Shown here piece after piece: positions 41,302 to 57,255 of a stretch of DNA of 64,000 nucleotides. Origin of the DNA: Polymyxa betae A26-41 (Eukaryota; Protista; Endomyxa: Phytomyxea); NCBI GenBank assembly GCA_003693705.1, contig RBZT01000563.1, positions 1 to 64,000 of the forward strand, read 5' to 3'. The position numbers and the translations under genes are program-made. Under the pieces are notes generated by a model. It saw only the letters and a list, made by a program, of their open reading frames with translations, had not been told where the DNA came from and made no database searches. Each line of letters starts with the position of its first letter. Within the stretch, counting starts at the first letter, position 1.

Positions 41302-43632
41302 TTAACGCTTTTGGTCCAGTGAATCTACCAAATTGATAATGGCATCACCGGCTTTTGTCATTGGATCTGTAAACCATCGATATTGCTCGACGATTCGCCG
41401 CAGTAATTGATTTGTGGCAATAGCTGTAGTAGAGGGTGCCTCATTGTCAAGACAACAAATGGGACATAATCTCGTATTAGGTATGCATTGATGACAGCAG
41501 GTATGACCACAAGGAGAAAACAGATATGGATCCTGAAATTCATTCAAACAGATAGGACATGCTAGACCTAAAATGATGTTTAGTGTCAGTTTGGGATAGC
41601 ATGTTATCTTCATCAACCTGATTCTAACCCAGCAGTCACTCGTTTACATTGATAAACACATTCTCGAATCTGGTTAAAGATCGTTATTATTGATTCTTTC
41701 TGTTCTTGGAAGCTTTGCATTAAAGTCTGCTCTCTTGATTTTTCATTTTCGAGTTCTTGTTCTAAAGCCGTTTGCGCTTGTCGACATTTATTTTCTGCTG
41801 TTATGACCTAAGTATGATTAAGTTACCAGAATCATTACTGCCCTAGTCGTATACTTGATTTCTCAGTTTTTCATTCTGCTTTCTTTGTTTCGCCAATTTC
41901 TTCTGAATGCTCGCAGCTGCTTCCTTGCTCCTATTAGTTATAAGTGCATTTGGAGACACTTTGTTGCAAACAAGCGTACTCTGCAAGTTTCCGCTTAACG
42001 GCTGCAATTTCGTCCATTAGTGACTTCTCAACAGAATCCTCGATAGCTGCGATTTTCTCGATCTGGTCTCTAGTTTGCCGGTCACTGTCTAGCTGTGCAG
42101 CCTCAGGCTCTTGTGAAAACGATGCCAATGACGACTCCAGCGACTGCACTTCGTTCTGCTTCGAGCGAATTTTCTCTCGAAGTATATCGACCTGGGTATC
42201 ATCATCAGTCGGACACTCTGCTGTTTTCGGAAATTCCAATAGAGAATTTGGGGATTCGCCAGTGGAACAGATTTGAGAATTGATTGCGAGATGAGGTGCT
42301 ACTATTGCAGACACAACTTGCTTGTCTGCGTCCTCAACAGCGGATGGAGTTTGCTTCATTTGAGTTAAATGAAGACTATTTCTGTAATCGCCTGCCACCA
42401 CCTTATTGGGCTCAGAGGTCGAAGGACGATGCAAATTCATTTTCTGAAGTTGCTGCGTGATAGAGATAAAGCTATCTTTTTTTCTATTGCTCGTTGCACC
42501 AGGGTCGATAGAAGGAAGCTCTGTTGTGGCATGATATCGAGCAACTTCAGTCATTGATACAGATCGTGACATTGTCGCTTTGTTGCTTTTATAATTAGCC
42601 GCCTATGTCGGTGTGCCATCCAATCAAGTTCCAAACATTGAGAAGAAACAGAAATGGTCAATAGTTAAACAGAACCAACCTTTTGCTGATGACTAAGGTC
42701 AGTTCGCAGCTGAAGTTGCAATATCTCATATTCCTCTTGCAGTTCGCTTACATTTTCTTCGTGATTTGCAGCCATGCGTTCATTGCTTGCTCTGATAGCC
42801 GCCACTTTTTCTTCCAAATTCTTGATATGCTCTTTGATTTTTTCTGTTTCTTCGATCCAGGATATGATTGATTTGAACTTATTGCTATAAGCTTCTATCA
42901 CTCTGAAAGCGTCAAAGCCTTAGCTAGAATGGATTGTTTCGAGAAACGACAATGTACTTGTCTAGGGCACCAGTTTGCTTAGAAATATCCTTGGAGGCTA
43001 CTTTCATCAAATCGGCAACTTGCTGTCGAGCTTTCGATTGGAATGTATCTTTAATGGATGCGGCTTGTTCAGCTAGAGTTCTTTGCAGTGCCTCCTCATG
43101 CTGATCAAACCCCTGGAGGTTTGATTAGGTGACTGTCTAGACCATTACGATTTATGAATACTATATGTTGATTACTGAGTGGTTTAGGCCTCTTCTCTAT
43201 AATCTAGACATGGACATGGTAACGTCAAATCATTTATCAATGCGATAAAGTGGACTCTTCACACATCTTACATTATCGAATGAGATAGCCTCAGGCCCTT
43301 CTAACGGTTCATGTCTACTCGATTCTCGATAGGTGATTGATCCGGAGCGACCAGCACAGAATCCTGCAATTCGTTCAGAATACTGATAAGGATCGGGGGC
43401 ATTGCGGGCCTGCAACTCTCATGGGAGAACTCATTCCGGATTTGAGTTTGTTCAGAGCCAAACGTGGGATAGTTGGAATTGGTTCAGGTCTTCCATTTGA
43501 TTCTGGCTTTGCCCGCCTACTAGTCGGGAGCTCTTCAGGTTTAACGCCGAAGTTTTCAAATAGTTTCAGTCGATCACGAAGCAGAAACTGGGTTATTGTC
43601 GCTCGACTTGAGCTTTCCTCATTAAAAACCAT
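41302..43632 (-). CDS. Coiled-coil protein with C-terminal RING finger (probable E3 ligase), multi-exon
   Basis: The last exon has CPICLNEF...PCGHTCCHQC....CPIC (C3HC4). Upstream exons are coiled-coil. Confidence 0.75.
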
Positions 43633-43740
43633 ACGAAGAATTCTCGCCTTATCTCAGTTCGTACAAAAAGAGATTCTCAGGTACCATGATGTCACAGAAT
43701 ACTTATATATCTTTAATACTGTAGTGATTTAGGATTAAAA

Positions 43741-45420
<1,680 letters not shown>

Positions 45421-45895
45421 TTAACATATCAAGTAACATGAAGTCCCACATAAAGACTCATTTGATACCCTGCATCAATATATAGTGCAGCCTCCTTATT
45501 ACTGTTACCTTCCTGCAACATTTCTTTCATTTCTTAATCAGGTGCAGGGCAGCTGTTGACTGTGTGTTTACAAACTAATGGATATCAGACTTTGCGCTGA
45601 TGGTGGAAGCACCTCTGGTATCTTCACAAATCTCAAACGATTCCATTCCAATCCCTGGACGCCAGGAATGATGCAGTCATCCTTTGAACCTGCATAGCTC
45701 CGGCGAAGTGATGCAATACACGGATGATTATCGATTGGTCGAATGAGTTAATGCAGTTAGTCCAGGATTTTCTGACATCTGATCGGAGACTCTATCTTTG
45801 GATTTCCAGAAAGAGTCTTGTACCCTTTAGTCGATGGCTTTTGGCATTCTCGCATCAGACTTTCGAGAAAGGCTTCCATTCTGGAACATATTGAC

Positions 45896-47501
45896 ATGTC
45901 GTTATTTGCAAAGGATCCATTAATCGCGCTGCGAGTAGTTTTCGCGTTTGTGCTGTTCGTTGAAGTCATTGCAGCTGATTATGACCCACCTTTAAGTGGT
46001 GCTGCTTTCGCCCAGCGTGCTTTAACCTGGGACCTATCGCTCGACAAATCATTCTCTGCATGGTTTGGAACCCATAACAGGTTAGACAGCAACTCATCAT
46101 AGAACCGAGTTGCAAAATCATCTACGTTGACTCAGTTATAATTATCGATCGACAGCATCGAGCGTCTTCGAGGATCCACGTAACCAGAACAGGACAATTA
46201 CGGAGCAGCTAAATCTGGGTGCTCGATATATCGAGGTAGATCCGCACACAATTCAGTTAAGAGCAAGCGACCGAAGCAGCACCAAAACTTTAGTCTGTCA
46301 TACTGGTATCTCAAAAAATGAATAAGAATCAGTTTGCTTGCCTCTCAGATTCACAGATGCTAATGTGGCGGCCATCATTCGGAGACAGTGCCAGGACCAA
46401 TGGATACGATGCGAGATTCTGGGCATATTCAACTATGGCGATGATACCGGTTGCAATCCTGTGGCAACAGCGCTGCAGGATTCTGTTCTGGAAATCAACA
46501 CCTGGCTGCAAAGTAATCCAAACGAACTGATGGTGAAGGGTTTTCAGAGAATAATGTTGTTGGAATTAAATCTCGATCTCCAGCTGTTATATCTTGATGC
46601 AGAAATGACACCCACGATTGAAAACATCATTGTGTCGGTCCTGAGCCGAAAACAGATATTTGCCAGGTCCGATTTCAACGGGACCTGGCCAACGCCTCGT
46701 TCGCTGATCTCGAATGGGATCACCACGATCCTCATGGCCAACTCCGCCTCCGATATTGCCTTCAAAAAATTCCCTAATGTCTTTTCGGCGAATTCTCTAA
46801 ACAATGTATCGTGCCCTGTGAATGTATCATGGGCGCGGGTACGTTCGAAATAATGTTAGCAGTGAGGCCGTGCTAATGGTCAGTTCCAGGTGCAAGGAGA
46901 TGCTACCATAATCCGTGCAGGGACAAATGTGCACTACAATGGGTCGAAAGAAGTTGGGTTCGTGCGACAATCTGATATTCGACATTATCAGAACTGCGGT
47001 CTGGCGGTGCTCATCGACCAGTTTGACGAGTCGTATCTATCATCTGCATTGTGGTCGTGGCAGTCAGATCCGCCTATTTATACCAACGAACGCATTTGCG
47101 CTGTGCTGTTGTCGAGCGGAAGTTGGATGGCAGCGCCGTGCAACAATAGTTATTACACAGCCTGTCGTCATCCGACAACGAGCCAATGGATGATAAGCAA
47201 TGACAAGACAACAGCGACTGGATCCGAAAACTGCCCAGCTGGTAGCAAGCGTTCAACGCCTGTTCTCGCGTCGGAGAATATCGACCTCGTCCAAATCATG
47301 AAGAGCAACGGCATTGATTTCCTATGGATCAGCATCTGGTCAGAAAAAGAAGGATGCTGGGCGCGATCCGACGGCGCCGGCCCAGTCTGCGATCGGATCC
47401 GTAATGTGAAGCCCAACGATATATACACAAGCCAGGCAGGTATGCGATCCACTGGATACTTCATCTTTGTAGTCTTTCTTCTGTCAATCATGACAATATA
47501 A
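45896..47501 (+). CDS. Secreted or surface PLC-like phosphodiesterase with a Cys-rich lectin-like C-terminal module, multi-exon
   Basis: Signal peptide, GTHNS, NQ..TITEQLNLGARYIE, LEINTWLQSNPNE, WPTPRSL, WSW...C...W...C...AC, hydrophobic C-terminal tail. Confidence 0.75.
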
Positions 47502-47599
47502 ATTACTGACTTTGTTACCCTATTGAGAAGCCGAGCTTATCCTACACTACCACAGTAGTTGACGGTGCTCATTTTGATTAAAGAAATGGGATGAGGCGG

Positions 47600-48560
47600 A
47601 TCCCCCTGTAGATCACACACAGGCTAGTTATAGATGATAGACAGACACCATTCATTAATAGATATGATTGGAGTCCATATCTATGCCATTCAGTGATCAC
47701 TTAGGACAGCTGCACCAGAACAGTGTAACGATGAGGGTGAAGGCGGGTCATTATCTGCCGAATCTGCTCAGCATGATGCAAATCAATTGGATTCAAAAGA
47801 TCATAATCTCAAAAGGAATCACCACCATTATCAAGGCCAAGACCGCCACCGATGTCGCATTCAAAAAGTTCCCAGACGTCTTCAATTAGAACGCTCTAGA
47901 GAGCTCATCATGCCCTTTGAACGCTGATTGGGGCAGATTATGTGACACGGCATCATCAACTTGAACGTCATGCTGATCCTCCAATACCAAAGGTACAGAG
48001 AGATGCAACCAACATTAGAATCGAGAGTACAAAATTACGACGGGTCCGAATAAGTCGTAATCATTGGGCAATCGGACGTCCAACGATTTCAGAACTGCGA
48101 TCTAAGCGTCCTCTTCAACCTGTTTGACAAACCTTGTATGTCAGCAACGTTGTGGTTGTAGCAATCGGATCCGTCTTTATATACCGCTGAATGTATCTGT
48201 GCTATGATGTCGTCAAGGTGTGGCTGGACGACTCCACCTTGCACGAATCTGTATTATACAGCTTGTCTCGTCTCGACTTGACCACGAATCAATTAACGCT
48301 GAGCACTGCTAAAGCGAAAGAGGCCGGGGCTGAAAGCTGCCCATCCGGCAGCAAACGCTCGACGCCGATTCTGGTATCAGAGAATGCCTCAATCAGGTCA
48401 TGACTACGCAGCTATCGATTTCTTATGGATCAGCGTTTGAACCGATCAGAAAGGATCTTGGGTGAATGAAAACAGTATTGGACCAGTCTGTGATCGAAAT
48501 CGAAATTCGAGATTCAGCGATATCCATACAGCGAATCATCTGTCTCAGGGCGGTCTTCAA
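47600..48560 (+). pseudogene. Decayed tandem copy of the upstream PLC-like gene
   Basis: ISKGITTIIKAKTATDVAFKKFPDVF versus ISNGITTILMANSASDIAFKKFPNVF; CPSGSKRSTPILVSEN versus CPAGSKRSTPVLASEN. Stops and frameshifts lie between the blocks. Confidence 0.85.
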
Positions 48561-48681
48561 TCTATAGACGTTTTGTATTTTAAACGTCAACCTTGTCTGA
48601 TTGCGTTGTGAATCAATTGCAAATATTTGATTAAAGGTCGCATCATCATGTATCTGGGCAAAGTGCGTCCAATCGGATTGG

Positions 48682-50107
48682 ATGGAGATGCGGAAGATGT
48701 CTCCGACTAATGATCATGATAGCCAGATCAACACCCGAGATGGTTCTGGTGGTACCGTCCCCCTGACGATGATCGCCGGATGGCTTGGTGCTGGTAAGAC
48801 CACCATCGTTAAGTAAGATTCTGTTTACATCTGGTTCATGGCACATCTAATTGGGATCGCCACCCTTGTTGTAGTAAGCTGATGACGAACATGATCGCTG
48901 CTGGATTGAAGATTGCTTTCATTCAGAATGAATTTTCACAGGGAGGGATGGATAAACCATCATTGACCGATAAAGAGACCGGACAGGTCTTCGATAATTT
49001 CTTAGAGCTTGCCGAAGGTCCTGCTTATATTTGGGCAAATTTGTCAAGGCGTTTTGTTTCTGATTATGATTGTAGGGTGTATTTGCTGTTCGGTGAAGAA
49101 CGACTTTGTCAATGCTTTGGATAAACTTTTGTCAATGCGTCGGTTCGATTACATAATTCTAGAATGCAGCGGGTTAGCAGATCCAGGTCTTTAGATTCGC
49201 CTGCAGTTGTATTCAACATCTTAAGTTTTGTATTGAAAAGGGGAAGTGGCATCGACACTTTGGGTTGATGAAGATCTGCAGCTCGGCGTTCATCTCGATT
49301 CTGTTATCACTGTTCTTGATGGTCATTATCTACCTAAACAGCTATCTTGTGCATCTGCAGAGGTAATCAAGTTTATATTCAGTATTTTACACATATGTTG
49401 ATTGACTGGAAATAGGAATCATCCTGTCTGCAAAGACAGATCGCAATGGCGGATCGATTAATAATCAGCAAGGTTGATTTGATCGATACGAATGTGTTCG
49501 ATTCCCTATGCGATCGTATTCGTCAAATCAATGCCATAGCAGACGTCGTTCCATCTATTCAGGGTGATATCGACTATCAACAGGTATCTACAGCGACATC
49601 GTTATTGCAGTTCTATGCCAATCTTGATTCAGATTGTGAATTTAAATGCTTATTCGACTAGGAATGAGTCGTCGTTTCTGTCGATGAAATCATCATCATG
49701 CAGCCATGATCATAGCATTGGTGCTGTAGTATTAGGTCCATATACAGATCTATCCATAGATCTACAATTACTGGATCGTTGGTTAGCTGATATATTATGG
49801 GATATTTTAGAATCAGAACCTGTAAGAGAGAATCCCATTGTCGAAATCGTTTCTGACCGACTATCAGAAATATCTATTCACCATATTCCGACTAAAAGGT
49901 GTCATTTATAATAGCGAGCTCAATCGGCGAGTACATATTCAAGCAGTACAACAGCTATTTGATCGCGAAATCGGCAATGAATGGAAATTGGGCGAGGACA
50001 AGGCCACCAAAGTCGTCATCATTGGACGACATCTTGATAAAACTATCTTGGAGGAAGGATTATTCAAATGTGCAATCAGGAATACAAAGCAACCAGTTTG
50101 TTTTTAA
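48682..50107 (+). CDS. ZNG1: CobW/COG0523 zinc metallochaperone GTPase (ZNG1/CBWD-like), multi-exon
   Basis: GWLGAGKTT, QNEF, GCICC, ECSGLADP, SKVD, IFRLKGV, QAVQQLF. Confidence 0.9.
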
Positions 50108-50267
50108 TTTCAGGATCCAGATTCCATTTTCCGCTATTTTGCATAAAACTGCGCAGTGTTGTGAAATATTCACTTCGCAATTTTTGGAAAGGTGTTGAGA
50201 TGTGCGGTCATATCCACCATCGCTGTATAATATAACACCATTCAATATACAGTCCATTACAAAGGAT

Positions 50268-52222
50268 ATGTCGCTAGCACAGATCTTACCGCCGCCCAAA
50301 CATCGTCCCGTGCAAATCTCGATTTCAAAGACTACTGCTAAGGATGGCTCCCGGGAGCAGAGTGCCATCGTAATATCGGGAAAGGTCCCGCCATATGGGC
50401 AACGGCAGGGCTTCGTTCCTCGAAACGAAGCCGATTTCGGCGATGGTGGTGCATTTCCAGAGGTGCATCGCCTTCAGTATCCTTTAGGGATGGGGAAGAA
50501 CCCAGATCAGTCAACGGTCAGGCGGTTTGCTTTACTTCCAAGCTTCTGCATTGACTTATTATGAATTCAGACTGTAGCGACAATATCTGTAGCTTCCGAT
50601 GGCTCTGTTGATTATAGTGGAATTGTTACTCAACGTGTTCGAAAGGACCAGATGGTCTATAAATCATATAGTGATTTAGTACCTAAAGATCCAAGTCCAG
50701 AAGAATTAGCTAAACCTGATGCAGAAACTCAGGCTGCTGTCACTGTATTCCTCATACATGTATGATCATATCACCTCTTTGACTTCACCATCTAGGAACA
50801 AACCAGGCAAGCTTTGGAAAAGCTTGTTGAAGGCAGAATAACATCCGCTCAGCCTCGAAAGAAGCCGGTTGAGAATGCACAAGCGTCGGCGCCATCATAT
50901 GTTCGTTATTCGTCAAAGGATGGCGGCACAAGAACAATTCGTGTGCAATCGATGGCTGTGGATCCCATTGAGCCCGCTAAGTTTAAACATACAAAAGCAC
51001 CAACTGGACCTCCATCTCCTCCCGTCCCTGTTATGCATTCGCCTCCAAGGAAGGTAACCGTTGCAGATCAAGAGAAGTGGCGAATTCCGCCTTGTATTTC
51101 CAACTGGAAGAACATCAAAGGGTATTTGAGCTTTCTGTCCGCTGCTCTATTGCTCAATGGTCTCGTCAGCTATACCATTGCGGCTGATAAACGGCTTGCG
51201 AGTGATGGACGAGGCCTTCGTGAAGTTCAAATCAACGATGCTTTTGCAGCCTTATCTGAGACACTTTATCTGGCCGAAAGGAATGCCAGGGTAAGCCCAG
51301 TATCCAGTTGCATTTTCTTTTCGGTTCTGAACATCCAAATCTAGGCTGAAGTTGCCGCTCGTCAATCAATGCAGAGTCGAATTGAGCTCAAGAAGCGGGA
51401 GGCAAAAGAGCAGCAATTGCTCGAATTAGCAGCTCAAGCACGGGAGAAGCGTGCTGGTCTGAACAAAGCTATTAGGTGTGTAGAAGACGTCGTGTCTCAT
51501 TCAGTTGCTCATGGATCATTCAGGCAAGTGGAAACATATGCAGATGTCGACGAATCGGTTGAGAACATCGAGGAGACCATCACCGGCCTGGAAGAACGTG
51601 AAGAGTTACGTGCCGATCTGAAGCGAGATCTTCGCCGTGAAATGCGCATGTCCCATATGGGTAAGAATGCCCGAAAGTCCAAAATGGAACGTGATCAGAA
51701 TCGAGATGTTTCCGAACAAGTTGCTCTTGGTCAGTAGCTACAGGTTGTCTATTCTTACCAAGAATCTGACTGTTATATATAGGGAAACGTGTTGGAGCTG
51801 GTGGTGGCGATGCTCTGTTCGATCAACGATTGTTCAATCAATCGCAGGGCATGGATTCCGGATTTGGTGCCGAGGATGCATACAATGCTTACGACACACA
51901 CCTTTTCCAATCTCGGGCATCTCAGCATATTTATCGACCATCGCAAGTTGCAGATGATGATTATCAAGCTGTATCTGATCAACCTAATACGGTACCTTTC
52001 TCGGTTATATGATTGCTCGCGGGATTTTGATGTTGGGTTTAGTCGACTGGAAGATTCCAGCCAGACCGCGGCTTCCAGGGAGCCACAACAACTGTTGAAC
52101 AAAGGGGTGCTGGCCGATCCAGACCTGTTGATTTCGAATTGGGTCCCAGTGATTCGATTAAGACTGATCAAGAGCAGATTACTGCTGACATCTCTGAGGC
52201 CAAACGCCAAAAGAGAGAATGA
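50268..52222 (+). CDS. SNW1: SNW/SKIP (Prp45) splicing factor, multi-exon
   Basis: DFGDGGAFPEVH..QYPLGMG, DPIEPAKFK, HSPPRK, WRIPPCISNWKN.KG, FDQRLFNQSQGMDSGF. Confidence 0.96.
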
Positions 52223-52409
52223 TTTAGCAGAGAATAATCATGAGCACCGCGCTTAGTGTATTTATAAAGACATGATTAGACATGTTATTTTAGCACATTA
52301 ACAGCAGCGTGATATCAGCCTCGGTCCCAACCAACATCGTCTTGTTTCATGAGGACAACTTAATAGACGATTACCGACAAAACATCACAACTAAAATCAG
52401 CTATCATAT

Positions 52410-53382
52410 TTATTCCGTTTTTGGACGGGCAGCTGCATCATTGGTAGCAGCAGGTTGGACGCGATCAGGGACCTTGCGAATTTTTCGCTGCATGAACATA
52501 TTAAAAACAAATACACACACGAGCATTATTGTAGATCTGCAGAATCCTCGTTAGTCACTCATAAACGAGCAGTATTCAAACATACCCGTATTTGGAGAAA
52601 AATGATTTTGGTGCGATATGGACCTTGCGTTTGGCAAACCACAAAGTATTCTTTCCTTCGGATTCAGCGATGATGAAAGTAAATGAATCCCAAGAATCAA
52701 CAACGAAGTAGTAAGGTTTGGATGCACCAGACGGCAACTGAAAATGCCCGATAGATATAGCAACACCAGAAGGTACAATGTCAAAATGGAAATCGTAGAT
52801 CGGTTTCATAGATCTAAATCTCATATTGAACTTTCTCGAAACGCAAAATAGCAAATTGTCCATACTCGCCCAAATGATTTGAGGCTTTGAAAACTCCTGA
52901 GTTGGGATCATCTTTGTGAAACTCACTGAGAACAATGGTCATAACCAGAGTGAGAAGATATCAAAGATAATATACATTTCAACATGGTCATATTCAGAAA
53001 GGACTTGGATATCAGTCTGGTTTCGAAGTATTTGACCAGAAAAAGCAGAATCCTTTTCTGTGATATTCATCAGTAGAACTTCAGTCTCATCTGTTATCGA
53101 TTCAATTTTGGAGTGGACGACCTTCGACAGTGGCAATACCGAGTTTCAAGCCCTTGGAAGGCGATCCTTCACCAGCATCAATTTCCCATTCGCTAACGAA
53201 AGAGTGTGAAAAGCCAACTAAACAGTGAAAATAATATACCCTCGAATGAAATCACAGAATTTGAAATTAGGTCCGATCTTGGCAGTGGCCGTAAAATCAG
53301 CAGTTACGACAGCAGCGATCGAGAGAGCCGCTAACAAGCTATAAACGCTGCGCTTGCATGGACGTAGAGACATTATCGACAT
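52410..53382 (-). CDS. Hypothetical type I membrane or secreted protein, multi-exon
   Basis: N-terminal signal-like YSLLAALSIAAVVTA, beta-rich middle exons, and a hydrophobic segment followed by a basic tail ending RPKTE*. Confidence 0.5.
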
Positions 53383-56244
53383 CGTTGCAATTTCTTGTTG
53401 AGGGTCTGCTATAAGACAGGAGGGACCTTTTAGTTCTCTGTTGAATTTATTGAGGAAGGCCGCGCCTCTCGCACAGTGGCTACGATATGACAATTGGCAA
53501 ATGCCCTTTGTTTGGTAACAAGTCAGGCAGGCGATTGGGTTCTACAGAATTGCGCGCAATTATATTATGGTAATCTAGACTAGATAAGCGTTTTCCTCTC
53601 ACATAAATCCTATGCTTTTTTTCGAGGACCGATATTTTTTCCACAATTTTGGAATCGTTATTTACGGTACGAAACTCTACAGGCCTCATAAAACGCAGTG
53701 CTTTGTACAGTTGTACATATATTATATATGAAAAAATATGTGCGGCGCAGCCACCTATCCTTGATGGTAACATCACAGATCTCATCAAAAAAGTTTTGAA
53801 AACAAATCGGCGCAATTTTATAAGTCCAATTCGAAAACAGCGTGGTGAGCGCACCGCCGCACCAGCGAGGGAATCTTTTCTGGTCCGTGCTACCGTGTAC
53901 CTACCGGTATTGGAAAAAAAACCCCGAGCAAAGTAACACGTTCGTATTTACGGCAGGTTGTTTTAGTAATTGGTCAAGCTTGTAAGCCTGGCGATTGAGC
54001 TGTTTTCGAAAAGAGCGAAATTGTTTCTGGAGTTCGCCGAATTCAGTCAAATCGGCTAGCTTGTCCTTGAAGCCGGAGAAATTGGACGAGCAAACTGGGT
54101 TTTTTGCTGTTTTTCGTATATCTTCTTCCGAATGGTGTCGCCTTTTCCAGCGTTGGTTTCGGTCAGATCAGATAACTGTTAAGGGCGGCAATGTGTCAGT
54201 ATAAGGGCCAATGCCGACGCATCCAAACTCTGATGCGGTTATTTGTCAAGTTCTTCAACTGACAAGAAATTTGGGAAAATAATCGTGGTGTCCGGAAGAA
54301 CATGATTATTATCTGTATCCGATGATTCCTGCGGACAGCCATCAGAGTTGTGCCAAGTCTTTTCAAATGGCGCCAACCTTTGCGTAGATATTAGTGTAAG
54401 GTTTGTGAATAATCACCAGCGGGATGGTGGAAACTCCAGCAATTTCATCGCGATTTGTCTCGCTGCCTGGCCCGCACCTAGACGGGAATGTAATGTCATA
54501 ATCGAGCGCGCAGCCTCTCGCTGGCGCAACCAATGATGCAGCTCCAGCCACTGACTGACTGCTTCTACCTAATATCGAAACTACACAGCTAATAGACGTT
54601 GCAGCTGCCGAGCCCAGTTCGGTTAACACATGTTCTGGAGTGAGAAAAAACGAAAAAAATACGGAGAAGAGGTCGAAGAAAAAGCTACGAAGACGTAGAT
54701 GAGTTTAGTCCAAAACGGGTGTTGCTCGAACTGAGCTACCCTCAGCTCGATCAAGCCAGTGTCAATATTTTTATTAGACTCTGTGACCGTCGTCGAGAGT
54801 CATCGAAGGTCCCGCGCAATCGGAGCTGCATTACGAGGTTGCGCCACCGGTTGAGTTCAAGCCCTCTCTTTCCGTAGACTTACATAGCCCATTACAGCAT
54901 GCCTGCTCGCTTCATTGTGGTTGCAGTATCGTGACATGTGTCTGGAATGTACAGTGCCAGATACTGTATCAGCCTGCCGTCTAGCTTCTTGGCTCGCTCT
55001 TGGGGCACATTGCGCAATACTTGAGGAATGAATAGCAGAATAGGTCCTTATGAATTATCGAGGGAACGAATTTGAATAAAAATTTCGATAACATTCGACA
55101 ATATCTTCAGACTTCAAGTGTTTATCCCATACATTAAAAAAAAAGAAATTTCCCTCCGGGTTGCGAAAAAATAGAACCACAACCAGGAGCTGAGCGAGAT
55201 CGTGGAACAGGATTAACAATGCGATGCTCTCAGGTGATACTGCTCCATTGGACCATTCTTGTTGATACGTCATTTGGTGTCAATTTTGAAGTTGAGCAGC
55301 GGAACAATGCCTAAAATGGCAATATGAAACTTCGGACAATGACAGTCCAGCGTTCTCAGCACTGTACTGCTTGCTGGTCCATTACAAAGGCACATGGTCT
55401 CCTTGAAAATATGACTTTTTTATTTGTATTGACAGTGATTTCTTTTCTTGCTTTTAGATTTAGCTGCCCATGTAAATAATGTAAAAATAAATTTCTTATT
55501 AACAAGCCAGTAGAACTCTACCTACGCCACAATGCATAATTCCAAGAAAGAACTTGCTGCCTCCAGAATAGTGACGTTAACTTCGAATAGATGAACACAA
55601 GGCGTGTGTCTAATGCCAGGATCGCTGCTGAAGGCATTTTCTGGACAAAACAGTTCCCCTTCGAATATATGGCATATGCGAAATGTGAAGGGGAAGACTG
55701 TATTCTTTGTGTCTCGCCTTTACTGTAGGCCCATATCTAATTGCACGCACACAGTGACTATGCCAATTGTCAAATACTTTTTGTGGCAACCAGCCAGGCA
55801 GGGGGCAGGCCATTGGGTTCCACCATAGGAAAACAGACAGCAGGAAGCCGATGGGCTTTGGTGTCTAGAAAGCCCTAACCCCTTGAGTGAAGAAATTTAC
55901 GATCGCCAACCAAGGCATGATCTGATATAGTGATTATAGTCCTTCTGTCGTTTTACAGTTCACATGGTCCACTGAACACATCTGGATTTTAGAATAAAAT
56001 TTGTTTAATATCTCTCTTTAATTTCATCTCTAGGTAGCAGGTCGAAGTAACATTACAAGCAAATATGGATGCAGCCCGTCACTATCAGATCGTTTATGTA
56101 CTGCTGAAAGTGAATTCTGATCTGAGCTGGCATTTCGTTTGACGATCTGGATATTGGGCAAAGGTTCGGGGGACCGTACAGTGCGAACCCGTGCCCCTTG
56201 GTTGCAATCGACCAGGTCGTTCTTGGTACCATTCTCTAACCTGA

Positions 56245-57065
<821 letters not shown>

Positions 57066-57255
57066 TCCTGCTTCGTCCTCAGTAAATCATTGTATAAAAT
57101 TGTTTCAAATGAAGCCACCAAACAACATAATGTCTACTGATAGAAGATGCTGTTACTTGCTGGTAGAGCGACTAGAATTTGTATGAAGGGGGTGGGGTGA
57201 TGGGGTCCCTTCAAGTTATCATGATAGGGACACTGCGTGACATTGCTTGTATAAG

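Noticed and set aside
53472-53479. cacagtgg, a Transib/RSS-heptamer-like possible terminal repeat
   Set aside because: I found no matching inverted end, TSD or transposase nearby.
52431-54543. Shared 15-mer accaatgatgcagct in inverted orientation at ~52431 and ~54529
   Set aside because: There is no flanking similarity, and a few 15-bp matches are expected by chance in 64 kb.
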